Source: Bacteroidia bacterium (GTDB lineage: Bacteria > Bacteroidota > Bacteroidia > NS11-12g > UBA955). From it: 41,089 nt of DNA. The notes below the pieces were generated by a model, which saw only the letters and a program-made list of their open reading frames with translations, did not search any database and was not told where the DNA came from. Positions 26,347 through 36,719 of the stretch are shown piece by piece; position 1 is the stretch's first letter, and each line of letters starts with the position of its first letter. Both the position numbers and the translations under genes were made by a program. Location: positions 1-41,089 of the forward strand of contig JACMRS010000185.1 of the NCBI GenBank assembly GCA_014376345.1, written 5' to 3'.

Positions 26347-27144
26347 TTATTTAACAGACTCACCTTGCTTCACTAAATTAATATCTGTTTTTTTTGTAAG
26401 TCTTTTTATAAGATAAATAATAGCTGTAATACCCGTAATAATTGCGGCTACCATGGCAGTTAATTCAACAGTTGAATCATAACCTATCACCTTCATTTTG
26501 ATAGCAATGGTTGCCCAGGCAACTACTGCCGGGAATATAGGATCTTTGTAGCTAATTCCGGTAATCAGTGCTGCAATAGTTGCCACCGTTATCATGATAA
26601 CTGTCCAAACTGTTTCGCTTATTCCTGCGCCATTCCAGCCAATTGAAACCAGCCAGGACGAAACACTTGCAATAACAGCCACCGAAATCCATCCAAAGAA
26701 AAGTGCAAATGGAATGGTCACTTTATAACCAAGTGTGTATGCAGCTTTATAAGATCTGATAAACAAAATCATACCCAGAATTAGCATTGCAAAAATAACG
26801 ACAACACTCATGCCGATCCAGTAGTTTGTGTAAACAAAAATCCAGAGACTACCGCCGATATTTGCGAGTAATAATGGACCGCTTAGGAGTTCATATTCTT
26901 CGTGTTTTTGTGAACGCGGTAAGAGTTGAGTAATGCAATAAATGATAAAAGACAAATAGATTATTCCCCATATTGCAAAGGCATAAGGAGCGGGTGTGAA
27001 GAGGTTGTCATATTTGTCTGAAATTACTTTAACGCTGTCTACTCCGGAAAATTTTGCATAAAGATAATTGAAAGCAATATTGAGAATAACAACAATAAAT
27101 GTTGCCCATCTTAAAGCTGTGTTTGATTTAGTAGGATTTTGCAT
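26347..27144 (-). CDS. Multi-pass integral membrane protein (possibly TspO/MBR-related)
   Basis: About eight hydrophobic helices, rich in Trp and Tyr. The FTPAPYAFAIWGIIYL motif is reminiscent of TspO-related proteins. The family call is tentative. Confidence 0.4.
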   Translation of the reverse strand: MQNPTKSNTALRWATFIVVILNIAFNYLYAKFSGVDSVKVISDKYDNLFTPAPYAFAIWGIIYLSFIIYCITQLLPRSQKHEEYELLSGPLLLANIGGSLWIFVYTNYWIGMSVVVIFAMLILGMILFIRSYKAAYTLGYKVTIPFALFFGWISVAVIASVSSWLVSIGWNGAGISETVWTVIMITVATIAALITGISYKDPIFPAVVAWATIAIKMKVIGYDSTVELTAMVAAIITGITAIIYLIKRLTKKTDINLVKQGESVK

Positions 27145-27263
27145 TTTAATTTAGTTTTTACAAAAATGGCTGTTTTCATGTAAATAGTTTTACAAAATTT
27201 ATTGAAAGATTTATATGGTTTTGAAGTTAAATTGCTTTATTTGTAGAACATTGAATATATAAA

Positions 27264-27638
27264 ATGCTAAAAAGATCATTTAGTTTTAATGGCCGTGCTA
27301 GGAAGAAAGAGTATTTTCTATCAGTAGTAATTTTTTTAGTTTTAGTTTATGGTGGATCTTATTTTATAGATGTCATTACAAATAGTATCACAGGAAAAAA
27401 TTTTAGTGAAAAAAGTAGTGCTATGGAATGGTTGGAAGTATTAATTTTAATTATAGCATACTGGTTTATGCTTTCGCAGAGTACCAGAAGATGTCATGAT
27501 ATTGGGAGAAGTGGTTGGTGGTGTCTTTTACCATTCTACTGGCTTGTTTTAATACGACATCCCAGCAGTCCTGAAGGCGAAGATTACCAAAGTATTAAAA
27601 GGCGTAATGCAATGACTGATATTATTGATAGTGAATAG
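27264..27638 (+). CDS. DUF805-domain inner-membrane protein
   Basis: F.GRARKKEYF N-terminal motif, two or three TM helices, and the RRCHDIGRSGWW signature. Confidence 0.8.
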   Translation: MLKRSFSFNGRARKKEYFLSVVIFLVLVYGGSYFIDVITNSITGKNFSEKSSAMEWLEVLILIIAYWFMLSQSTRRCHDIGRSGWWCLLPFYWLVLIRHPSSPEGEDYQSIKRRNAMTDIIDSE

Positions 27639-27694
27639 TAGGGTTAATATATTTAATCCAAAAAATATTTCAGATTAAGCATCGTTAACAATTA

Positions 27695-28159
27695 ATGAAG
27701 CTGAAATCAAACATCAACCAGAAATATATGAAATTGGTTAAATGGTTTATAATTTCAATATTAGTAATGTTGGTTTATTGCAGTTATGCCGTTTGTTTTG
27801 GGAGCAGTAGACTTTCGGTTTTATTAAATCTCTACTCAACCAATTTTCCAGATGGTTTTAATGAAATTTCATTTGAAAGCCGCAGACTTTTTAAGGATCA
27901 TGTTTATTTTACCTGCACTTTAACTAAAGATAAGTGGGAAGATTGGATTAAGAAGGAAACTTTTGAAGTGATATTAAATCCTGTTCTGAATGGTCAAAAA
28001 GGCTATAGTCGTTATAATTCTATTCCATTAACTATGAAAAATTTTGAAATTCCTTATTCAGTTCAAATCCGCAAATCTAATGGTGATTGCATTTTATTTT
28101 TAATAAAAAATACGGATAGTGAGGAGATTAATTTACTGGTAAGTTGTGATTATAATTGA
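27695..28159 (+). CDS. Hypothetical protein with an N-terminal TM or signal anchor
   Basis: ORF with ATG start in a visibly A+T-rich block. No recognisable motif. An alternative start lies at the internal MKLVKWF. Confidence 0.45.
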   Translation: MKLKSNINQKYMKLVKWFIISILVMLVYCSYAVCFGSSRLSVLLNLYSTNFPDGFNEISFESRRLFKDHVYFTCTLTKDKWEDWIKKETFEVILNPVLNGQKGYSRYNSIPLTMKNFEIPYSVQIRKSNGDCILFLIKNTDSEEINLLVSCDYN

Positions 28160-28175
28160 GTTATAAATAATTATT

Positions 28176-28637
28176 ATGAAATTTAAAATGTTGTTATTTT
28201 CCATTCTCACTATCATTGGAATACTCTTTATTTCTGCCGCATTTTATAATCTTTATTACATATTAAATAGGGATTATATTGAATTGTCTTTATACAAAGT
28301 GAAACACTATGAAATGTCAGCAGGGAATTTATTAACGATAATATTTTACACCTTTTACTTTTGCAAATTCAGTGCTTATTTTTTATGTTTTATTATTTTA
28401 AAAGAATATTTTTATTTTTCAAATAAGTTGTACATGCTTGTTTTAATTGTTAGTGCTTTTTTAATTGAATGGATACTCAATCAAAAAGACATAATTATTA
28501 TAGAAAAATTTATTTACCAGAATATTGATACTAATATTTATTGTGAATTTTGTTTCTTTTTGTGTTTTTTAGTTTCAGGACTCTTTTTTTTGATTAAAGG
28601 AGCAAAACGAATAAGTGCTATTAGTCCATCTGTTTGA
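28176..28637 (+). CDS. Hypothetical multi-pass membrane protein
   Basis: Four or five hydrophobic segments rich in Phe, Ile, Leu and Tyr. No recognisable motif. Confidence 0.45.
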   Translation: MKFKMLLFSILTIIGILFISAAFYNLYYILNRDYIELSLYKVKHYEMSAGNLLTIIFYTFYFCKFSAYFLCFIILKEYFYFSNKLYMLVLIVSAFLIEWILNQKDIIIIEKFIYQNIDTNIYCEFCFFLCFLVSGLFFLIKGAKRISAISPSV

Positions 28638-28705
28638 TTCAATTTAGCATTACAGCCTAAACACGATTGAAATAATTTGAAGTTAAAAGCGTTTATATTT
28701 AAATT

Positions 28706-29329
28706 ATGCAATTCAGATATTTATATACAATTCTATTGTTGATTTTTATTTCTAAAAATCAGCATTCATTTGCACAAAAGATCAGAATGAACAGTTCAAT
28801 TGATTCAGTAATTACTGTTTCTGCTACTGAAAAAAGTATAGTTTATTCTTTCAAAAATGCCGATTCACTTAGTATTTGTAGAGAAAATTATACTTTAGTG
28901 TTTCAGGAAGATGAGTGTTTCAATTGTAAGCACATTAATATTAAGAAATTTTATTTTCAAGATTCAAGAGTTGTTAATCTTGGATATGCTGCGGAAAGAA
29001 TTATCTGGAATTATAGTTGGTGGAAAAATGGAAAAATTAAAACCGCTAATGAAGTTTTGAATGAATGTAATAATTTAATTATGATTCGCACTGAGTTCGA
29101 TTCAGTTGGAGTTGAAGTAAACTGCAGTAAATACAAATTTATTAAAGACACTCAGTTAATTGATTATCCACCGGGTTACGGTGTTACCGGATGGTTTAAA
29201 ATTTCTTTAAATGAGATCAACGATAATTTATTTTATTGTTATTCATTTGATGATCAATACATTATTTCTCGTAAATGCAGAATTAAAGACATTCCAAACA
29301 TACATAAAAACTTCGCTTTATCTGCTTAG
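28706..29329 (+). CDS. Hypothetical secreted protein
   Basis: Signal peptide (LLLIFISKNQHSFAQ). No recognisable catalytic motif. Confidence 0.5.
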   Translation: MQFRYLYTILLLIFISKNQHSFAQKIRMNSSIDSVITVSATEKSIVYSFKNADSLSICRENYTLVFQEDECFNCKHINIKKFYFQDSRVVNLGYAAERIIWNYSWWKNGKIKTANEVLNECNNLIMIRTEFDSVGVEVNCSKYKFIKDTQLIDYPPGYGVTGWFKISLNEINDNLFYCYSFDDQYIISRKCRIKDIPNIHKNFALSA

Positions 29330-29483
29330 CAGAAACAATACGACAGCTCAATGATCACCTTGTTTTTGCCTCAATGCACCAAATATTTTGCTTTAAAGAA
29401 ACATTCTTAATAAGTTCTTCGTTTCAAGTTCAATAAAAGTTTCGTCAAAATATTATTTTATTAAAAAGCACATCCAACAAAAA

Positions 29484-29512
29484 AGCCCCTGCAAATATTA
29501 TTTACAGGGGCT
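29484..29512. terminator. Bidirectional Rho-independent terminator between convergent genes
   Basis: AGCCCCTG / CAGGGGCT 8-bp stem. On the minus strand it is followed by TTTTTTG, which serves the giant T9SS cargo gene. On the plus strand it is followed by TTGAT. Confidence 0.8.
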
Positions 29513-29530
29513 TTGATAAATTTAAATTTA

Positions 29531-32500
29531 TTATTTAATTATCGCAAATTTCTCTGTTGTACTGCCACCGTTATACTGCATTGTTACAGTATAAATACCT
29601 TCGGGAAGTGCAATCAGATTAAGTGAATTTGTATTGAGTCCATCAGTAGCGCTGACCGTTTGGGTGTAAACATTTTTACCAACCATGTCAGTAACAGTTA
29701 CTTTTACAGCCTGCTCGTCATGTGAATTAAATTCAAGATTGAATAAACCTGTATTTGGATTTGGATAAATTTTAGCCTGTTCAATAGCTGCAGAACGTTT
29801 GTAAACCACAGCAATTGTTGAATAAGTTATGGTACCGTTTAAATCAATTTGTTTCAACCTGTAAGTTATCGGTCCTGCTGGAAGTTCATTCACATCATCA
29901 ATAAAATTATAACTTACGGGAGCACTTGTATTTCCATTTGATCTTACAAAACCCACTTTTTCAAAACCTTTGCTACCACTGTATAAACGTTCAACTTCAA
30001 ATCCTGCATTGTCAGTTTCTGAAGCTAGATTCCATTTTACTTTTGTTGTGCGGTTTTCAAAAAGATCAGCCGTAAAACTCAACATATGAACAGGTAATGC
30101 TGCTCCACTTGTCTGGAATTGATATTTACAAGAACTGAATCCGCAAGTTGGACTGTTATCATCTACTATCATGTAATATTCTGTAGCAGGAGCAAGTATC
30201 CATGTCAGAGTACCTGAACTTGAAATTGTCTGACAGGTACCCATTTGCGAACCTAAACCAGGACATACACCGGTGTTAAATATACTCACTCTTAAACCAT
30301 TCGAACATTTGCTGATATTTGAAAAGGCTGCATTAAACGGCTGGTAGTAAATTGAATTGTTTGTTCTAAATTTATACATGTTAGAATTACATGCTGCCTT
30401 GCCACAAGTTGCAGGTTCGCCTATTTCTGCTGTTGCTGCACACAAGCTGTCCAAACCGGAATTTAATTTTGCTGCTTTATATAATGAATCTGCAGAGCTA
30501 CAAGCATTGTTAACCATCGGGAATGAGTAACTTACTTTGGTAGAATCTATGCTCACACAATTACCATTTGTAATTGCCCATCTGAATGTATAATTGCCAT
30601 TAGTCAATCCTGAGATGCCTGTATTGCGTGTTGCAGGTGCAGCAATAGTAGCAGTATTAGGACCTGAAAGTTGTGTCCACATACCTGTTCCTACAGAATC
30701 TACGCTACCATTTAAAGTTGTAAAATTCTGACAGATTACCTGTCTTGCGCCTCCAATTGCAATTGCCGGTATTTTCACAATTTTTACTGTGTCGAAAGCA
30801 TCACTGGTAGGGCAACTTCCGCTTTTAATGCGCCATCTGTATATATAGGTGCCTGTATCAATTCCCAAAACTACAGGAGTAGGAGAGGTTGAATCTGTAA
30901 ATGAAGTACTGAATGGTCCTTTAATCTGCCTCCATGTTCCTGCACCTGATGAAGGATTGTTGCCATTTAAATTTACAGGTTGTCCGATACAGGTTTTAAT
31001 ATTAGAAGGACTTGCTGTTGCAACTGTAGGAAGGCTTGATAAAACATATTTTACAGTATCTCTTGAAACACATAAACCATTAGTGATAGTCCATATATAA
31101 TTATAAGTACCTGAAGTCGTTAATGTCAAACCTGAAGTGTTTGATGCCGGTGTTGCAATAGTAGATGACGGCACAACATTTTGTTTAGACCAAGCACCAG
31201 TTCCAATAATGGCACTGTTACCATTAAGAGCAGTAGTGGTTCTTACACATATTGCTGAATCTGAACCTGCATTAGAAACAGTTGGATTTAGAGAAGGTAC
31301 AAAAATGGCAATGGTATCAATGCTCGGTGAGCAAACAACGCCACCACTTCTGATGTCCCAAACATATTTGTAGGTTCCTGTTGAAGTCATACCCGTAATT
31401 TTTGTCGCAGGATTTGCCGGTTCCTCGATAACAGCTGATAGCGGACCGGAAACTTGTCTCCAGTTTCCAACACCAATTAAAGCAATGTTTGCACGCATTT
31501 TAACATAGCCAGGACAGATTGTTGTATCCGCGCCGGCATTAGCAGTTGTTGGTGCTGCAAAATTTTCAATTCTAACCTCATCAGCTCTCGAACAGAAACC
31601 ATTGGTAACAGTCCAGGTGAAAAGATAAAGTCCGGTAGTTACACCAGTAACTGTTGAGTTGAATAATGTTGGAGTGGTAATAGTTCCTGCTGGACCTGCA
31701 GATTTTGTCCATACCGCAGTATTTGGTGACACATTATTACCAGCCAGAGTAAATGAAGAAGCATTACATAAAGCCTGATCTGTACCTGCATTAGGCACTT
31801 TAGTGGTATCAGAAATTATCACTTGCATTGTATCAGTAGTTTGCGGACATCCCCATCTGGCAGGGACAGTAAATGCAAACTTATAAGGAGATCCTGCAGG
31901 CGAAATGCCTGTTACTATTGCGCTGTTGTTTGAGGTAGTTGTTACAGTGCCTGATCCGCCGGCAGCTTTGGTCCATGTGCCAATACTTCCTGAAGGTCCT
32001 ATTAAACTTGTACTTGTCAGATTGCAATATCCTGCATCAGCACCGGCTGCGGCACTTATCACAACTGTATCACTTACAAAAGCACTCTGTGCAGGGCACA
32101 AACCACCATTTGAATAGGCTGTATATTTAAAATTGTAAATGCCAGTTATTAAATTTGAAACCAATGTGGTAGCAGAATCAGGATCAGCAATATTGGGTAC
32201 ATTCGGAGCAGCACCATTCAGTGACCAGATTGAGACTCCGTTTTTAATTCTGTTGGCTGTTAGTGTTAGTGAAGTACCTCCGCAAAGTTTTTGTGAACCA
32301 CCAATTACAGGAATTATTGGTTTATTATCAATATTAATTTCAACTGTATCAGTTGATCCAGAACAAGCATTGTTTGTAACAGTCCATGCAAAACGATAGC
32401 CTCCTGAAATTAAACCTGTAAGTCTTGCTGTAGGAGAATGAATATCAGTAATTGACCAGCCTGCAGGGCCTGAGGCTAATGTCCAGGTTCCGATTCCTAT

Positions 32501-34807
32501 TGTAACAGGAGTTGCACTTAAGGTAACAGAGTTTCCGCAACTGTCTCTATCAATACCTGCATTTGCAACTGTTGCACTTGATGAAATTGTAATCATCACG
32601 CTGTCTCTGGTTGGTGCACAGGTGCCACGAATATTAATCCATTCGAAAATATAAGTACCGTTTGTCAATCCTGTTGCAGTCGTATTAAATAATGAATCAT
32701 TAGTGAATGACATAGCTGGTCCGCTCACTTTAGTCCACGCACCTTTAGCAGGTGCAGGATTGTTTCCTGCAAGAGTTATTGAAGTTGTTCCTGATGAAAT
32801 ACATCTATCAGATCCTGCATTTGCTTTGGGTGGTCCAAGTGAGCTATTGGTAGTAATTACAACTGTACTTGAATCTTTTCCGCAAATATTACTTACAACC
32901 CACTTAAAAGTATAAGCTGTGTTGGCAACCATACCGGTTACTACTGCATTTGGTTTGTTCACAGTAGTAATGGTAATACCTGCAGATGGTGTAACTGACC
33001 AAGTGCCGGTTTCTCCTTTTGCAGGAACATTGCCATCAAGGGTTATAGGAGTTCCATAACATACGGTTCGTGAAGATCCTGCAGAAATAGATTGGGGTAG
33101 AGTAGGCGCGAATACAACCTGAACATCACTTTCTGCTTTGGGGCATTTTGGCCCACCATTGATGGTCCATCTGAAAGTATATAAACCTCTTGAAAATCCT
33201 GTAACCAAGGTATTTGGATCATTTGGTCTTACAACGCTTGTTCCTGATGGTCCATTTAAAACAGACCATGTTCCGTAACCTATTAGTGGTACGTTACCTG
33301 CAAGGAGCGTTGTGTCTACGTTACAAGGCAAAAACTGAGGCGTTCCTGCATTGGCTCCGAGTGGAGTTTTTGAAGTAACAATTCTGAAATCGGTTGAAAC
33401 ATTGCTGCAGCCTACGCCATTATTTGTTGCTCTGGTAACTCTGATAATATAAGTTTCAGGTGCGGTTAATCCGTTAATTGTAAAAGGATTACTTGCAATA
33501 GGATTATTTCCTGATGGTGTAGAACCCCAGGCAACCGGTGCGCTTATTACTGTGTAATAAAGTTGGTTTCCACCTGAAGAAGTAACAGATACATTGGTTG
33601 AAATAACATTACAAGGTAGTATTGAGTCTCTTATAGAACTTATCGAAGGGGCATTTGTGTAACTGATTGATGCTGTTGTACTTGAATTACATCCTGTAAC
33701 ACTATTGGTAATTGTATATCTGAAAGTATAGGTACCTGAACCATTCAAATTAGAAATAGAGGTGCTTGATGCAGAATCGTTAGAAAATACAACACTGGAT
33801 GGATCGGATAATTGCGTCCAACGGACTTTCTCTCCTGAATAAGTTGCACTGTTTCCTACAAGAAAAGCAACTGTTCTAGCATCACAGAAAACCTGGTTTG
33901 GCGCAGACGTTGCTGAAGTGGATTGTGTAGGTGCCGGAATATAGATCGACATTGTATCCGATCCATTAGCACAAGGTCCGCTAACGGTCCATTTTAATTT
34001 ATAGGTACCCGGGCCAACTAATCCGCAAACATTACTTGTATTGCTGTGATTATTTGAAAAAGTAACATTTGTTGGACCTGTTACCAGTGTCCATGTTCCT
34101 TGTTGGCTACCGAAATTATTTCCTCCAAACGTAGCATTCAAATTATAGCATTGCGAAACAGAATAACATCTGCCTAATGCTGCATAAGGACCGGCATCAA
34201 CAGGTTGAACACCACCATAATTAGTAATAACAACATCATCGAAAGATGAGCATGTATTTGTATTTGTAATAGTCCATCTAAGTGTACTTGAACCAGCTGC
34301 AGAAGTAGTTGTTGATATTGTAGAAGTTGCTGAGGAAGGTGAATTGATAGTAACGCCGGCATTGTTAGCACTCACAATGCTCCATGAACCTGATTCATTG
34401 ACTCCGGGTGAATTACCTGCAAGTAAACTTGAACCAGGACATGCAGTCTGGTCCGGTCCTGCATTTGAAATTGTAATGGGCTGCGTAAACACTTTTACAT
34501 CATCAAAAATTTTGGTGCCATCGCTACATGTTGTTGAAAGTCTAAAAATGTACGTTTTGTTAGCACTGTATCCTGTTACTGAAGTTGTAAGTGAATTTGG
34601 AGAAACAATTACAACTGATGGTCCTGAAATTTGCGACCATGTGGAAGTATTAGGAGGCTGGAAAAGGCCGCTTTTACTTCCTGTCAGACTTAGGGATTGA
34701 TTTACACAAATGGTTTGGTCAATGTTGGCATTAACTGTACAATTTTGAGCAAATGTTTTTGCTGAAAGAAATAGCAAAAAAATTATTAGTGATAATTTTA
34801 GTTTCAT
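29531..34807 (-). CDS. Giant (1758 aa) repetitive cell-surface protein with a T9SS type-A C-terminal sorting domain
   Basis: Signal peptide. About 16 tandem ~85-90-aa Ig/PKD-like repeats with the pattern (N)AG.D...C.....L.GN.P..G.G.W...SGP......P....T.V.GL..G.Y.F.W.I.NG.C...D.V.I. These are followed by a Cys-rich domain and an Fn3-like domain. The C-terminus KIYPNPNTGLFNLEF...GIYTVTM..NG...T.KF.IIK is a T9SS CTD. Confidence 0.9.
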   Translation of the reverse strand: MKLKLSLIIFLLFLSAKTFAQNCTVNANIDQTICVNQSLSLTGSKSGLFQPPNTSTWSQISGPSVVIVSPNSLTTSVTGYSANKTYIFRLSTTCSDGTKIFDDVKVFTQPITISNAGPDQTACPGSSLLAGNSPGVNESGSWSIVSANNAGVTINSPSSATSTISTTTSAAGSSTLRWTITNTNTCSSFDDVVITNYGGVQPVDAGPYAALGRCYSVSQCYNLNATFGGNNFGSQQGTWTLVTGPTNVTFSNNHSNTSNVCGLVGPGTYKLKWTVSGPCANGSDTMSIYIPAPTQSTSATSAPNQVFCDARTVAFLVGNSATYSGEKVRWTQLSDPSSVVFSNDSASSTSISNLNGSGTYTFRYTITNSVTGCNSSTTASISYTNAPSISSIRDSILPCNVISTNVSVTSSGGNQLYYTVISAPVAWGSTPSGNNPIASNPFTINGLTAPETYIIRVTRATNNGVGCSNVSTDFRIVTSKTPLGANAGTPQFLPCNVDTTLLAGNVPLIGYGTWSVLNGPSGTSVVRPNDPNTLVTGFSRGLYTFRWTINGGPKCPKAESDVQVVFAPTLPQSISAGSSRTVCYGTPITLDGNVPAKGETGTWSVTPSAGITITTVNKPNAVVTGMVANTAYTFKWVVSNICGKDSSTVVITTNSSLGPPKANAGSDRCISSGTTSITLAGNNPAPAKGAWTKVSGPAMSFTNDSLFNTTATGLTNGTYIFEWINIRGTCAPTRDSVMITISSSATVANAGIDRDSCGNSVTLSATPVTIGIGTWTLASGPAGWSITDIHSPTARLTGLISGGYRFAWTVTNNACSGSTDTVEINIDNKPIIPVIGGSQKLCGGTSLTLTANRIKNGVSIWSLNGAAPNVPNIADPDSATTLVSNLITGIYNFKYTAYSNGGLCPAQSAFVSDTVVISAAAGADAGYCNLTSTSLIGPSGSIGTWTKAAGGSGTVTTTSNNSAIVTGISPAGSPYKFAFTVPARWGCPQTTDTMQVIISDTTKVPNAGTDQALCNASSFTLAGNNVSPNTAVWTKSAGPAGTITTPTLFNSTVTGVTTGLYLFTWTVTNGFCSRADEVRIENFAAPTTANAGADTTICPGYVKMRANIALIGVGNWRQVSGPLSAVIEEPANPATKITGMTSTGTYKYVWDIRSGGVVCSPSIDTIAIFVPSLNPTVSNAGSDSAICVRTTTALNGNSAIIGTGAWSKQNVVPSSTIATPASNTSGLTLTTSGTYNYIWTITNGLCVSRDTVKYVLSSLPTVATASPSNIKTCIGQPVNLNGNNPSSGAGTWRQIKGPFSTSFTDSTSPTPVVLGIDTGTYIYRWRIKSGSCPTSDAFDTVKIVKIPAIAIGGARQVICQNFTTLNGSVDSVGTGMWTQLSGPNTATIAAPATRNTGISGLTNGNYTFRWAITNGNCVSIDSTKVSYSFPMVNNACSSADSLYKAAKLNSGLDSLCAATAEIGEPATCGKAACNSNMYKFRTNNSIYYQPFNAAFSNISKCSNGLRVSIFNTGVCPGLGSQMGTCQTISSSGTLTWILAPATEYYMIVDDNSPTCGFSSCKYQFQTSGAALPVHMLSFTADLFENRTTKVKWNLASETDNAGFEVERLYSGSKGFEKVGFVRSNGNTSAPVSYNFIDDVNELPAGPITYRLKQIDLNGTITYSTIAVVYKRSAAIEQAKIYPNPNTGLFNLEFNSHDEQAVKVTVTDMVGKNVYTQTVSATDGLNTNSLNLIALPEGIYTVTMQYNGGSTTEKFAIIK

Positions 34808-34886
34808 TTAATGATACTTAATTTTTGCAAATTCAAATGAAAAGATGTAATTATTTATGAAAAAGATGTAAAGGTTATTATCTAAA

Positions 34887-35579
34887 TTATAAAATAATAC
34901 CAAAAAATGTACACAAAAATTTTGTAAGGTCAATAATGTTACAGGTTTCAACGGGATGTTTGGTTGACGATATAATTGAGAGTTGACAATTTTTCAAAAG
35001 CCCTTGAGTTTCTTTAGTTTCATCCAGACTTACCATTCTGTCAGAATCTCCAAGGCAAAACATTACCGGAATTGTAACTTTTTCGAGATCTTCATTTTTA
35101 ACCGGAGGTGCATTTCCCATATCTGTTAATAGTGTGGAAGTTGCCGATAAAAGTGATTTCCATCTTTCTTCTGAATGAAGAAGAATGAGTGATTGTGCGT
35201 AAGCTGGAACTTTTTCTTTTAATATTTCAGGATTGAGCATGGCTGTTTCCTTTTTAGCAATCTCTGGGTTCCACTGCCATTTTGTTGCCAGTGTAGCAAG
35301 TGCATTTATTTTTTGCGGAAAATTTATTGCCAAATACATTGCTACATAACCACCCATACTGTAACCAAAAAATGAGGCTGACTGAATATTGTTTTTATCC
35401 ATGTAATTAATCACTTCCTCAGCAAAATTGCTGATAATCATTTTAGAAGGAATTTCACTCCCACCATGACCTGAAAAGGTAAGAATGTGATTTTGATGTT
35501 CTCCTTTCAGAGCGTTAGCAATAGGTTCGAGTTGATGGGCAGTTCCAAGTGCGCCATGCAGAAAAATAAGATGTTCCAT
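34887..35579 (-). CDS. Alpha/beta-fold hydrolase (BioH/carboxylesterase-like)
   Basis: LIFLHGALG oxyanion region and the GYSMGG nucleophile elbow. Late D and H candidates (GDSDRMV, KHPV). Confidence 0.75.
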   Translation of the reverse strand: MEHLIFLHGALGTAHQLEPIANALKGEHQNHILTFSGHGGSEIPSKMIISNFAEEVINYMDKNNIQSASFFGYSMGGYVAMYLAINFPQKINALATLATKWQWNPEIAKKETAMLNPEILKEKVPAYAQSLILLHSEERWKSLLSATSTLLTDMGNAPPVKNEDLEKVTIPVMFCLGDSDRMVSLDETKETQGLLKNCQLSIISSTKHPVETCNIIDLTKFLCTFFGIIL

Positions 35580-36013
35580 TATTTTTCGATATAATATCTT
35601 ATTGCAAGTTCATAGCCTTTAAGTCCAAGACCGGTTATTGTACCTACGCAATATTTTGAAAGGAGGTCGGTATGACGCTCAGGTTCGCGTTTGTAAATAT
35701 TTGATATGTGAATTCCAATAACAGGTGTTTTGATTGCAGCAACAGCATCGGCAAGGGCAACAGAAGTGTGAGAGTAACCACCTGCGTTGAGTATAATGCC
35801 ATCAAATTTTCCATCGGCCTGCTGAACTTTATCAATAAGTTCTCCTTCTATATTACTCTGAATATAACTTAAAGCTGTATTTGGAAACAATGTTTTTAAA
35901 TGCTCAAATGTATTGTCAAATCCCTTAGTACCGTATATTTCAGGTTGTCTGCTACCAAGCAGGTTCAGGTTTGGACCGTGAATAATTAGTATGCGGATTT
36001 TTTCTTTAACCAT
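35579..36013 (-). CDS. aroQ: Type II 3-dehydroquinate dehydratase
   Basis: ILIIHGPNLNLLG.RQPEIYG, QSN.EGELID.VQ, ILNAGGYSHTSVAL.DA and IHISNI..RE..RH are canonical AroQ motifs. Confidence 0.95.
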   Translation of the reverse strand: MVKEKIRILIIHGPNLNLLGSRQPEIYGTKGFDNTFEHLKTLFPNTALSYIQSNIEGELIDKVQQADGKFDGIILNAGGYSHTSVALADAVAAIKTPVIGIHISNIYKREPERHTDLLSKYCVGTITGLGLKGYELAIRYYIEK

Positions 36014-36084
36014 AACAATTACAATAATACTATGTCGGGTTTAAATAATTGCTATAGTGTATTGAATGAAATAGTCTTAAAAGT

Positions 36085-36114
36085 AAAAAATCCCTTCCGC
36101 ATGAGCGAAAAGGA
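36085..36114 (-). terminator. Rho-independent terminator after the lipocalin-like lipoprotein gene
   Basis: The minus-strand RNA UCCUUUUCGC-UCAU-GCGGAAGGGA forms a 10-bp stem with two G-U pairs, followed by U6. It lies 30 nt past the stop at 36146. Confidence 0.7.
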
Positions 36115-36145
36115 TTTTTTTATATTTAATTAAATGCGAAATTTA

Positions 36146-36574
36146 TTATTCGAAATAGTAAGTGTAAGTATTACCACCATCATTTTCTTTCAGAATCAGT
36201 TCGTCATGAGCAAGACGCTGAATTTGAAAAATAGTAGTTTCGTTGTCTATATTGATCTTAACATCTTCTTTATCGTTAACAAATTCCCATGTACCTTCAC
36301 TTGTTTTAGTGGTAGTTGCACCGAAAAAAGTACCCTGTACTGTTTGAGTTAAAGAACCGCTTTTGTGAAAATTAAGTTTATACGTCTGTCCTTTTACATC
36401 CTGATTTTCACCGTTTTTCTCAACTTTAGTAAGAGTCCAATCGTTAGTAATACGTTGTTTTCTTGATCTTAATGAAAGTCCCGGATCATCTTCACCTTTT
36501 TTACATGACTGCATTGCAGGGAATACTGTAAGTGCAACTATGGCAGCTATCAGAATGTGTTTAAATTTTTTCAT
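36146..36574 (-). CDS. Small lipocalin-like lipoprotein
   Basis: Lipobox AMQSC. 142 aa with alternating beta-strand-like sequence (W.LTKVEKNGE...YKL.F.KSGS...), typical of Bacteroidota lipocalin-like proteins. Confidence 0.55.
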   Translation of the reverse strand: MKKFKHILIAAIVALTVFPAMQSCKKGEDDPGLSLRSRKQRITNDWTLTKVEKNGENQDVKGQTYKLNFHKSGSLTQTVQGTFFGATTTKTSEGTWEFVNDKEDVKINIDNETTIFQIQRLAHDELILKENDGGNTYTYYFE

Positions 36575-36719
36575 AATTTGTTTTTAAGTTTATGGTGCAA
36601 AGATGGGGCAGTGTCAACTAATTAAAGTTATAAAACTTCACATATAAGTTACATAATTCAAATCGTAATATTTGGTTTAAGAATAGCCTGAAACAGTGCA
36701 TTTAAGTTAAATTGTAACT

